A stretch of 63,029 bases of DNA, filler included, from Nemertoderma westbladi (taxonomy: Eukaryota > Animalia > Xenacoelomorpha): NCBI GenBank assembly GCA_032718475.1. It is 3 parts of 3 records of this genome, joined end to end, with 100 filler letters (N's around TTAATTAATTAA, not from the genome) between each part and the next. Parts side by side here need not be neighbours in the genome. Positions count along the whole stretch, not along the records: positions 1 to 30,356 come from JAUCBJ010003697.1; 2 more parts are not named here. One strand, written 5' to 3'. The translations under genes and the position numbers were made by a program. Positions 14,501 through 27,400 of the stretch are shown here, piece after piece; the first letter of the stretch is position 1; each line of letters starts with the position of its first letter. Under the pieces are notes generated by a model. The model was not told the origin of the DNA. It did not search any database and saw only the letters and a list, made by a program, of their open reading frames with translations.

Positions 14501-15455
14501 AGGCGTTCTTTTTTAGGAAACAGAGTGGAAGGGTTTTAATGTGGAAGATCACCCATGGTGGTGAACAGGTATTATTTTGGGAAACAGAGTGGAAGGGTTT
14601 ACTGTGGAAGATCACCTATGGTGGTGAACAGGCGTTCCTTTAGGAAAATGAGTGGAAGGTTTTAATTTGGAAGATCACCCATGGTGGTGAACAGGAATTT
14701 CTTTAGGACACAGAGTGGAAGGGTTTACTGTGGACGATCACCCATGGTGGTGAACAGGCATTCCTTTAGGAAACAAAGTGGAAGGGTTTACTGTGGAAGA
14801 TCACCCATGGTGGTGAACAGGCATCCTTTAGGAAACAGAGTGGAAGGGTTTACTGTGGGAAATCACCGGTGGTGGTGAACAGGCATTCCTTTAGGAAACG
14901 TATTGGGAGGGCTTAATGAGGAAGATCACCCATGGTGGTGAACAGGAATTTCTTTAGGAAACAGAGTGGAAGGGTTTACTGTGGAAGATCACCCATGGTG
15001 GTGAACAGGCATTCCTTTAGGAAACGTATTGGGAGGGCTTAATGAGGAAGACCACCCATGGTGGTGAACAGGCATTCCTTTAGGAAACAGAGTGGAAGGG
15101 TTTACTGTGGAAGATCACCCATGGTGGTGAACAGGTATTCCTTTAGGAAACGTATTGGGAGGGCTTAATGAGGAAGATCACCCATGGTGGTGAACAGGAA
15201 TTTCTTTAGGAAACAGAGTGGAAGGATTTACTGTGGAAGATCACCCATGGTGGTGAACAGGCATTCCTTTAGGAAACAGAGTGGAAGGGTTTACTGTGGA
15301 AGATCACCCATGGTGGTGAACAGGCATTCCTTTAGGAAACAGAGTGGAAGGGTTTACTGTGGAAGATCACCCATGGTGGTGAACAGGCATTCCTTTATGA
15401 AACAGAGTGGAAGGGTTTACTGTGGAAGATCACCCCTGGTGGTGAACAGGCATTC
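11564..15455 (+). repeat. Copy 2 of segmental module (spacer plus long 63-mer array)
   Basis: Matches 1934 onward. Joined to array 1 through AAT microhomology (ATGAAT|TCAATT). Confidence 0.95.
12300..15455 (+). repeat. 63-bp satellite, about 50 units, with higher-order duplication
   Basis: Same unit as 2680-2938. A diagnostic variant run (GAGCATGC...GGAATGG) occurs at ~12527 and ~13723. Confidence 0.98.
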
Positions 15456-15467
15456 AAAAAAAAATTT

Positions 15468-18400
15468 GTTGTATGTAATGCTGTATGAATGTGTTTGCAA
15501 TGTTGTATGAATGTGTTTGTAATGTTGTATGAATGTGTTTGTAATGTTGTATGAATGTGTTTGTAATGTTGTATGAATGTGTTTGTAATGTTGTATGAAT
15601 GTGTTTGTAATGTTGTATGAATGTGTTTGTAATGTTGTATGAATGTGTTTGTAATGTTGTATGAATGTGTTTGTAATGTTGTATGAATGTGTTTGTAATG
15701 TTGTATGAATGTGCTTGTAATGTTGTATGAATGTGTTTGTAATGTTGTATGAATGTGTTTGTAATGTTGTATGAATGTGTTTGTAATGTTGTATGAATGT
15801 GTTTGTAATGTTGTATGAATGTGTTTGTAATGTTGTATGAATGTGTTTGCAATGTTGTATGAATGTGTTTGTAATGTTGTATGAATGTGTTTGTAATGTT
15901 GTATGAATGTGTTTGTAATGTTGTATGAATGTGTTTGTAATGTTGTATGAATTTGTTTGCAATGTTGTATGAATGTGTTTGTAATGTTGTATGTATGTGT
16001 TTGTAATGTTGTATGAATGTGTTTGCAATGTTGTATGAATGTGTTTGTAATGTTGTATGAATGTGTTTGTAATGTTGTATGAATGTGTTTGTAATGTTGT
16101 ATGAATGTGTTTGTAATGTTGTATGAATGTGCTTGTAATGTTGTATGAATGTGTTTGTAATGTTGTATGAATGTGTTTGTAATGTTGTATGAATGTGTTT
16201 GTAATGTTGTATGAATGTGTTTGTAATGTTGTATGAATGTGTTTGTAATGTTGTATGAATGTGTTTGTAATGTTGTATGAATGTGTTTGTAATGTTGTAT
16301 GAATGTGTTTGTAATGTTGTATGAATGTGTTTGTAATGTTGTATGAATTTGTTTGCAATGTTGTATGAATGTGTTTGTAATGTTGTATGTATGTGTTTGT
16401 AATGTTGTATGAATGTGTTTGCAATGTTGTATGAATGTGTTTGTAATGTTGTATGAATGTGTTTGTAATGTTGTATGAATGTGTTTGTAATGTTGTATGA
16501 ATTGAATGTGTTTGTAATGTTGTATGAATGTGTTTGCAATGTTGTATGAATGTATTGTAATTTTGTATGAATGTGTTTGCAATGTTGTATGAATGTGTTT
16601 GTAATGTTGTATGAATGTGTTTGTAATGTTGTATGAATGTGTTTGTAATGTTGTATGAATGTGTTTGCAATGTTGTATGAATGTGTTTGTAATGTTGTAT
16701 GAATGTGTTTGTAATGTTGTATGAATGTGTTTGCAATGTTGTATGAATGTGTTTGTAATGTTGTATGAATGTGTTTGCAATGTTGTATGAATGTGTTTGT
16801 AATGTTGTATGAATGTGTTTGTAATGTTGTATGAATGTGTTTGTAATGTTGTATGAAGTGAATGTGTTTGTAATGTTGTATGAATGTGTTTGCAATGTTG
16901 TATGAATGTGTTTGCAATGTTGTATGAATGTGTTTGTAATGTTGTATGAATGTGTTTGTAATGTTGTATGAATGTGTTTGTAATGTTGTATGAATGTGTT
17001 TGTAATGTTGTATGAATGTGTTTGTAATGTTGTATGAATGTGTTTGTAATGTTGTATGAATGTGTTTGTAATGTTGTATGAATGTGTTTGTAATGTTGTA
17101 TGAATGTGTTTGTAATGTTGTATGAATGTGCTTGTAATGTTGTATGAATGTGTTTGTAATGTTGTATGAATGTGTTTGTAATGTTGTATGAATGTGTTTG
17201 TAATGTTGTATGAATGTGTTTGTAATGTTGTATGAATGTGTTTGTAATGTTGTATGAATGTGTTTGTAATGTTGTATGAATGTGTTTGCAATGTTGTATG
17301 AATGTGTTTGTAATGTTGTATGAATGTGTTTGTAATGTTGTATGAATGTGTTTGTAATGTTGTATGAATGTGTTTGTAATGTTGTATGAATGTGTTTGCA
17401 ATGTTGTATGAATGTGTTTGTAATGTTGTATGAATGTGTAGGTAATGTTGTATGAATGTGTTTGTAATGTTGTATGAATGTGTTTGTAATGTTGTATGAA
17501 TGTGCTTGTAATGTTGTATGAATGTGTTTGTAATGTTGTATGAATGTGTTTGTAATGTTGTATGAATGTGTTTGTAATGTTGTATGAATGTGTTTGTAAT
17601 GTTGTATGAATGTGTTTGTAATGTTGTATGAATGTGTTTGCAATGTTGTATGAATGTGTTTGTAATGTTGTATGAATGTGTAGGTAATGTTGTATGAATG
17701 TGTTTGTAATGTTGTATGAATGTGTTTGTAATGTTGTATGAATGTGTAGGTAATGTTGTATGAATGTGTTTGTAATGTTGTATGAATGTGTTTGTAATGT
17801 TGTATGAATGTGCTTGTAATGTTGTATGAATGTGTTTGTAATGTTGTATGAATGTGTTTGTAATGTTGTATGAATGTGTTTGCAATGTTGTATGAATGTG
17901 TTTGTAATGTTGTATGAATGTGTAGGTAATGTTGTATGAATGTGTTTGTAATGTTGTATGAATGTGTTTGTAATGTTGTATGAATGTGTTTGTAATGTTG
18001 TATGAATGTGTTTGTAATGTTGTATGAATGTGTTTGTAATGTTGTATGAATGTGTTTGTAATGTTGTATGAATGTGTTTGCAATGTTGTATGAATGTGTT
18101 TGTAATGTTGTATGAATGTGTTTGTAATGTTGTATGAATGTGTTTGTAATGTTGTATGAATGTATTGTAATGTTGTATGAATGTATTGTAATGTTGTATG
18201 AATGTATTGTAATGTTGTATGAATGTATTGTAATGTTGTATGAATGTATTGTAATGTTGTATGAATGTGTTTGCAATGTTGTATGAATGTATTGTAATGT
18301 TGTATGAATGTGTTTGTAATGTTGTATGAATGTGTTTGTAATGTTGTATGAATGTGTTTGCAATGTTGTATGAATGTATTGTAATGTTGTATGAATGTGT

Positions 18401-21400
18401 TTGTAATGTTGTATGAATGTGTTTGTAATGTTGTATGAATGTGTTTGTAATGTTGTATGAATGTATTGTAATGTTGTATGAATGTATTGTAATGTTGTAT
18501 GAATGTATTGTAATGTTGTATGAATGTGTTTGCAATGTTGTATGAATGTATTGTAATGTTGTATGAATGTGTTTGTAATGTTGTATGAATGTGTTTGTAA
18601 TGTTGTATGAATGTGTTTGCAATGTTGTATGAATGTATTGTAATGTTGTATGAATGTGTTTGTAATGTTGTATGAATGTGTTTGTAATGTTGTATGAATG
18701 TGTTTGTAATGTTGTATGAATGTGTTTGCAATGTTGTATGAATGTGTTTGTAATGTTGTATGAATGTGTTTGTAATGTTGTATGAATGTGTTTGCAATGT
18801 TGTATGAATGTGTTTGTAATGTTGTATGAATGTGTTTGTAATGTTGTATGAATGTATTGTAATGTTGTATGAATGTGTTTGTAATGTTGTATGAATGTGT
18901 TTGTAATGTTGTATGAATGTGTTTGTAATGTTGTATGAATGTGTTTGCAATGTTGTATGAATGTGTTTGTAATGTTCTATGAATGTGTTTGTAATGTTGT
19001 ATAAATGTGTTTGCAATGTTGTATGAATGTGTTTGTAATGTTGTATGAATGTGTTTGTAATGTTGTATGAATGTGTTTGCAATGTTGTATGAATGTATTG
19101 TAATGTTGTATGAATGTGTTTGCAATGTTGTATGAATGTGTTTGTAATGTTGTATGAATGTATTGTAATGTTGTATGAATGTGTTTGTAATGTTGTATGA
19201 ATGTGTTTGTAATGTTGTATGAATGTGTTTGTAATGTTGTATGAATGTGTTTGCAATGTTGTATGAATGTGTTTGTAATGTTCTATGAATGTGTTTGTAA
19301 TGTTGTATAAATGTGTTTGTAATGTTGTATGAATGTATTGTAATGTTGTATGAATGTGTTTGTAATGTTGTATGAATGTGTTTGCAATGTTGTATGAATG
19401 TATTGTAATGTTATGTGAATGTGTTTGTAATGTTGTATGAATGTGTTTGTAATGTTGTATGAATGTGTTTGTAATGTTGTATGAATGTGTTTGCAATGTT
19501 GTATGAATGTGTTTGTAATGTTGTATGAATGTGTTTGCAATGTTGTATGAATGTGTTTGTAATGTTGTATGAATGTGTTTGTAATGTTGTATGAATGTGT
19601 TTGTAATGTTGTATGAATGTGTTTGCAATGTTGTATGAATGTGTTTGTAATGTTGTATGAATGTGTTTGTAATGTTGTATGAATGTGTTTGTAATGTTGT
19701 ATGAATGTGTTTGTAATGTTGTATGAATGTGTTTGCAATGTTGTATGAATGTGTTTGTAATGTTGTATGAATGTGTTTGTAATGTTGTATGAATGTGTTT
19801 GCAATGTTGTATGAATGTGTTTGTAATGTTGTATGAATGTGTTTGTAATGTTGTATGAATGTGTTTGTAATGTTCTATGAATGTGTTTGTAATGTTGTAT
19901 GAATGTGTTTGCAATGTTGTATGAATGTGTTTGTAATGTTGTATGAATGTGTTTGTAATGTTGTATGAATGTGTTTGTAATGTTGTATGAATGTGTTTGT
20001 AATGTTGTATGAATGTGTTTGTAATGTTGTATGAATGTGTTTGTAATGTTGTATGAATGTGTTTGTAATGTTGTATGAATGTGTTTGTAATGTTGTATGA
20101 ATGTGTTTGTAATGTTATATGAATGTATTGTAATGTTGTATGAATGTGTTTGTAATGTTGTATGAATGTGTTTGTAATGTTGTATGAATGTATTTGCAAT
20201 GTTGTATGAATGTATTGTAATTTTGTATGAATGTGTTTGCAATGTTGTATGAATGTGTTTGTAATGTTGTATGAATGTATTGTAATGTTGTATGAATGTG
20301 TTTGTAATGTTGTATGAATGTGTTTGTAATGTTGTATGAATGTGTTTGTAATGTTGTATGAATGTGTTTGCAATGTTGTATGAATGTGTTTGTAATGTTC
20401 TATGAATGTGTTTGTAATGTTGTATAAATGTGTTTGTAATGTTGTATGAATGTGTTTGCAATGTTGTATGAATGTGTTTGTAATGTTCTATGAATGTGTT
20501 TGTAATGTTGTATAAATGTGTTTGTAATGTTGTATGAATGTATTGTAATGTTGTATGAATGTGTTTGTAATGTTGTATGAATGTGTTTGCAATGTTGTAT
20601 GAATGTATTGTAATGTTATGTGAATGTGTTTGTAATGTTGTATGAATGTGTTTGTAATGTTGTATGAATGTGTTTGTAATGTTGTATGAATGTGTTTGCA
20701 ATGTTGTATGAATGTGTTTGTAATGTTGTATGAATGTGTTTGCAATGTTGTATGAATGTGTTTGTAATGTTGTATGAATGTGTTTGTAATGTTGTATGAA
20801 TGTGTTTGTAATGTTGTATGAATGTGTTTGCAATGTTGTATGAATGTGTTTGTAATGTTGTATGAATGTGTTTGTAATGTTGTATGAATGTGTTTGTAAT
20901 GTTGTATGAATGTGTTTGTAATGTTGTATGAATGTGTTTGCAATGTTGTATGAATGTGTTTGTAATGTTGTATGAATGTGTTTGTAATGTTGTATGAATG
21001 TGTTTGCAATGTTGTATGAATGTGTTTGTAATGTTGTATGAATGTGTTTGTAATGTTGTATGAATGTGTTTGTAATGTTCTATGAATGTGTTTGTAATGT
21101 TGTATGAATGTGTTTGCAATGTTGTATGAATGTGTTTGTAATGTTGTATGAATGTGTTTGTAATGTTGTATGAATGTGTTTGTAATGTTGTATGAATGTG
21201 TTTGTAATGTTGTATGAATGTGTTTGTAATGTTGTATGAATGTGTTTGTAATGTTGTATGAATGTGTTTGTAATGTTGTATGAATGTGTTTGTAATGTTG
21301 TATGAATGTGTTTGTAATGTTATATGAATGTATTGTAATGTTGTATGAATGTGTTTGTAATGTTGTATGAATGTGTTTGTAATGTTGTATGAATGTATTT

Positions 21401-24400
21401 GCAATGTTGTATGAATGTATTGTAATTTTGTATGAATGTGTTTGCAATGTTGTATGAATGTGTTTGTAATGTTGTATGAATGTATTGTAATGTTGTATGA
21501 ATGTGTTTGTAATGTTGTATGAATGTGTTTGTAATGTTGTATGAATGTGTTTGTAATGTTGTATGAATGTGTTTGCAATGTTGTATGAATGTGTTTGTAA
21601 TGTTCTATGAATGTGTTTGTAATGTTGTATAAATGTGTTTGTAATGTTGTATGAATGTATTGTAATGTTGTATGAATGTGTTTGTAATGTTGTATGAATG
21701 TGTTTGCAATGTTGTATGAATGTATTGTAATGTTATGTGAATGTGTTTGTAATGTTGTATGAATGTGTTTGTAATGTTGTATGAATGTGTTTGTAATGTT
21801 GTATGAATGTGTTTGCAATGTTTTATGAATGTGTTTGTAATGTTGTATGAATGTGTTTGCAATGTTGTATGAATGTGTTTGTAATGTTGTATGAATGTGT
21901 TTGTAATGTTGTATGAATGTGTTTGTAATGTTGTATGAATGTGTTTGCAATGTTGTATGAATGTGTTTGTAATGTTGTATGAATGTGTTTGTAATGTTGT
22001 ATGAATGTGTTTGTAATGTTCTATGAATGTGTTTGTAATGTTGTATGAATGTGTTTGCAATGTTGTATGAATGTGTTTGTAATGTTGTATGAATGTGTTT
22101 GTAATGTTGTATGAATGTGTTTGCAATGTTGTATGAATGTGTTTGTAATGTTGTATGAATGTGTTTGTAATGTTGTATGAATGTGTTTGTAATGTTCTAT
22201 GAATGTGTTTGTAATGTTGTATGAATGTGTTTGCAATGTTGTATGAATGTGTTTGTAATGTTGTATGAATGTGTTTGTAATGTTGTATGAATGTGTTTGT
22301 AATGTTGTATGAATGTGTTTGTAATGTTGTATGAATGTGTTTGTAATGTTGTATGAATGTGTTTGTAATGTTGTATGAATGTGTTTGTAATGTTGTATGA
22401 ATGTGTTTGTAATGTTGTATGAATGTGTTTGTAATGTTGTATGAATGTATTGTAATGTTGTATGAATGTGTTTGTAATGTTGTATGAATGTGTTTGTAAT
22501 GTTGTATGAATGTGTTTGCAATGTTGTATGAATGTATTGTAATGTTGTATGAATGTGTTTGCAATGTTGTATGAATGTATTGTAATGTTGTATGAATGTG
22601 TTTGTAATGTTGTATGAATGTGTTTGTAATGTTGTATGAATGTGTTTGTAATGTTGTATGAATGTGTTTGTAATGTTGTATGAATGTATTGTAATGTTGT
22701 ATGAATGTGTTTGCAATGTTGTATGAATGTATTGTAATGTTGTATGAATGTGTTTGTAATGTTGTATGAATGTGTTTGTAATGTTGTATGAATGTGTTTG
22801 CAATGTTGTATGAATGTATTGTAATGTTGTATGAATGTGTTTGTAATGTTGTATGAATGTGTTTGTAATGTTGTATGAATGTGTTTGTAATGTTGTATGA
22901 ATGTGTTTGTAATGTTGTATGAATGTGTTTGTAATGTTCTATGAATGTGTTTGTAATGTTGTATGAATGTGTTTGCAATGTTGTATGAATGTGTTTGTAA
23001 TGTTGTATGAATGTGTTTGTAATGTTGTATGAATATGTTTGCAATGTTGTATGAATGTGTTTGTAATGTTGTATGAATGTGTTTGTAATGTTGTATGAAT
23101 GTGTTTGTAATGTTCTATGAATGTGTTTGTAATGTTGTATGAATGTGTTTGCAATGTTGTATGAATGTGTTTGTAATGTTGTATGAATGTGTTTGTAATG
23201 TTGTATGAATGTGTTTGTAATGTTGTATGAATGTGTTTGTAATGTTGTATGAATGTGTTTGTAATGTTGTATGAATGTGTTTGTAATGTTGTATGAATGT
23301 GTTTGTAATGTTGTATGAATGTGTTTGTAATGTTGTATGAATGTGTTTGTAATGTTGTATGAATGTATTGTAATGTTGTATGAATGTGTTTGTAATGTTG
23401 TATGAATGTGTTTGTAATGTTGTATGAATGTGTTTGCAATGTTGTATGAATGTATTGTAATGTTGTATGAATGTGTTTGCAATGTTGTATGAATGTATTG
23501 TAATGTTGTATGAATGTGTTTGTAATGTTGTATGAATGTGTTTGTAATGTTGTATGAATGTGTTTGTAATGTTGTATGAATGTGTTTGTAATGTTGTATG
23601 AATGTATTGTAATGTTGTATGAATGTGTTTGCAATGTTGTATGAATGTATTGTAATGTTGTATGAATGTGTTTGTAATGTTGTATGAATGTGTTTGTAAT
23701 GTTGTATGAATGTGTTTGCAATGTTGTATGAATGTATTGTAATGTTGTATGAATGTGTTTGTAATGTTGTATGAATGTGTTTGTAATGTTGTATGAATGT
23801 GTTTGTAATGTTGTATGAATGTGTTTGTAATGTTGTATGAATGTGTTTGTAATGTTGTATGAATGTGTTTGTAATGTTGTATGAATGTGTTTGTAATGTT
23901 GTATGAATGTGTTTGTAATGTTGTATGAATGTGTTTGTAATGTTGTATGAATGTGTTTGTAATGTTGTATGAATGTGTTTGTAATGTTGTATGAATGTGT
24001 TTGTAATGTTGTATGAATGTGTTTGTAATGTTGTATGAATGTGTTTGTAATGTTGTATGAATGTGTTTGTAATGTTGTATGAATGTGTTTGTAATGTTGT
24101 ATGAATGTGTTTGCAATGTTGTATGAATGTGTTTGTAATGTTGTATGAATGTGTTTGCAATGTTGTATGAATGTGTTTGTAATGTTGTATGAATGTGTTT
24201 GTAATGTTGTATGAATGTGTTTGTAATGTTGTATGAATGTGTTTGCAATGTTGTATGAATGTGTTTGTAATGTTGTATGAATGTGTTTGTAATGTTGTAT
24301 GAATGTGTTTGTAATGTTCTATGAATGTGTTTGTAATGTTGTATGAATGTGTTTGCAATGTTGTATGAATGTGTTTGTAATGTTGTATGAATGTGTTTGT

Positions 24401-27400
24401 AATGTTGTATGAATGTGTTTGTAATGTTGTATGAATGTGTTTGTAATGTTGTATGAATGTGTTTGTAATGTTGTATGAATGTGTTTGTAATGTTGTATGA
24501 ATGTGTTTGTAATGTTGTATGAATGTGTTTGTAATGTTGTATGAATGTATTGTAATGTTGTATGAATGTGTTTGTAATGTTGTATGAATGTGTTTGTAAT
24601 GTTGTATGAATGTGTTTGTAATGTTGTATGAATGTGTTTGTAATGTTGTATGAATGTATTGTAATGTTGTATGAATGTGTTTGTAATGTTGTATGAATTT
24701 GTTTGTAATGTTGTATGAATGTGTTTGTAATGTTGTATGAATGTGTTTGCAATGTTGTATGAATGTGTTTGTAATGTTGTATGAATGTGTTTGTAATGTT
24801 GTATGAATGTGTTTGTAATGTTCTATGAATGTGTTTGTAATGTTGTATGAATGTGTTTGCAATGTTGTATGAATGTGTTTGTAATGTTGTATGAATGTGT
24901 TTGTAATGTTGTATGAATGTGTTTGTAATGTTGTATGAATGTGTTTGTAATGTTGTATGAATGTGTTTGTAATGTTGTATGAATGTGTTTGTAATGTTGT
25001 ATGAATGTGTTTGTAATGTTGTATGAATGTGTTTGTAATGTTGTATGAATGTGTTTGTAATGTTGAATGAATGTGTTTGTAATGTTGTATGAATGTGTTT
25101 GTAATGTTCTATGAATGTGTTTGTAATGTTCTATGAATGTGTTTGTAATGTTGTATGAATGTGTTTGTAATGTTGTATGAATGTGTTTGTAATGTTGTAT
25201 GAATGTGTTTGTAATGTTGTATGAATGTGTTTGTAATGTTGTATGAATGTGTTTGTAATGTTCTATGAATGTGTTTGTAATGTTGTATAAATGTGTTTGT
25301 AATGTTGTATGAATGTATTGTAATGTTGTATGAATGTGTTTGTAATGTTGTATGAATGTGTTTGTAATGTTGTATGAATGTGTTTGTAATGTTGTATGAA
25401 TGTGTTTGTAATGTTGTATGAATGTGTTTGTAATGTTGTATGAATGTGTTTGTAATGTTGTATGAATGTGTTTGTAATGTTGTATGAATGTGTTTGTAAT
25501 GTTGTATGAATGTGTTTGTAATGTTGTATGAATGTGTTTGTAATGTTCTATGAATGTGTTTGTAATGTTGTATGAATGTGTTTGTAATGTTGTATGAATG
25601 TGTTTGTAATGTTGTATGAATGTGTTTGTAATGTTGTATGAATGTGTTTGTAATGTTGTATGAATGTGTTTGTAATGTTCTATGAATGTGTTTGTAATGT
25701 TGTATGAATGTGTTTGTAATGTTGTATGAATGTATTGTAATGTTGTATGAATGTGTTTGTAATGTTGTATGAATGTGTTTGTAATGTTGTATGAATGTGT
25801 TTGTAATGTTGTATGAATGTGTTTGTAATGTTGTATGAATGTGTTTGTAATGTTGTATGAATGTGTTTGTAATGTTGTATGAATGTATTGTAATGTTATG
25901 TGAATGTGTTTGTAATGTTGTATGAATGTGTTTGTAATGTTGTATGAATGTGTTTGTAATGTTGTATGAATGTGTTTGTAATGTTGTATGAATGTGTTTG
26001 TAATGTTGTATGAATGTGTTTGTAATGTTGTATGAATGTGTTTGCAATGTTGTATGAATGTGTTTGTAATGTTGTATGAATGTGTTTGCAATGTTGTATG
26101 AATGTGTTTGTAATGTTGTATGAATGTGTTTGTAATGTTGTATGAATGTGTTTGTAATGTTGTATGAATGTGTTTGCAATGTTGTATGAATGTGTTTGTA
26201 ATGTTGTATGAATGTGTTTGTAATGTTGTATGAATGTGTTTGTAATGTTCTATGAATGTGTTTGTAATGTTGTATGAATGTGTTTGCAATGTTGTATGAA
26301 TGTGTTTGTAATGTTGTATGAATGTGTTTGTAATGTTGTATGAATGTGTTTGTAATGTTGTATGAATGTGTTTGTAATGTTGTATGAATGTGTTTGTAAT
26401 GTTGTATGAATGTGTTTGTAATGTTGTATGAATGTGTTTGTAATGTTGTATGAATGTGTTTGTAATGTTGTATGAATGTATTGTAATGTTGTATGAATGT
26501 GTTTGTAATGTTGTATGAATGTGTTTGTAATGTTGTATGAATGTGTTTGTAATGTTGTATGAATGTGTTTGTAATGTTGTATGAATGTATTGTAATGTCG
26601 CATGAATGTGTTTGTAATGTTCTATGAATGTGTTTGTAATGTTGTATGAATGTATTGTAATGTTGTATGAATGTGTTTGTAATGTTGTATGAATGTGTTT
26701 GTAATGTTGTATGAATGTGTTTGTAATGTTGTATGAATGTGTTTGTAATGTTCTATGAATGTGTTTGTAATGTTGTATGAATGTATTGTAATGTTGTATG
26801 AATGTGTTTGCAATGTTCTATGAATGTGTTTGTAATGTTGTATGAATGTGTTTGCAATGTTGTATGAATGTGTTTGTAATGTTGTATGAATGTGTTTGTA
26901 ATGTTGTATGAATGTGTTTGTAATGTTGTATGAATGTGTTTGTAATGTTGTATGAATGTATTGTAATGTTGTATGAATGTGTTTGCAATGTTCTATGAAT
27001 GTGTTTGTAATGTTGTATGAATGTGTTTGCAATGTTGTATGAATGTGTTTGTAATGTTGTATGAATGTGTTTGTAATGTTGTATGAATGTGTTTGTAATG
27101 TTGTATGAATGTGTTTGTAATGTTGTATGAATGTGTTTGTAATGTTGTATGAATGTGTTTGTAATGTTGGATGAATGTGTTTGTAATGTTGTATGAATGT
27201 GTTTGTAATGTTGTATGAATGTGTTTGTAATGTTGTATGAATGTATTGTAATGTTGTATGAATGTGTTTGTAATGTTGTATGAATGTGTTTGTAATGTTG
27301 TATGAATGTGTTTGTAATGTTGTATGAATGTGTTTGTAATGTTGTATGAATGTATTGTAATGTTGTATGAATGTGTTTGTAATGTTGTATGAATGTGTTT

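Noticed and set aside
12300-15455. CRISPR-like appearance (~63-bp period with dyads)
   Set aside because: The whole unit repeats, there are no unique spacers or cas genes, and the context is eukaryotic.
12413-15510. MVVNRHSFRKQSGRVYCGRSP repeat ORFs
   Set aside because: A consequence of the 63-bp period. Frequent indels and stops show no frame conservation.
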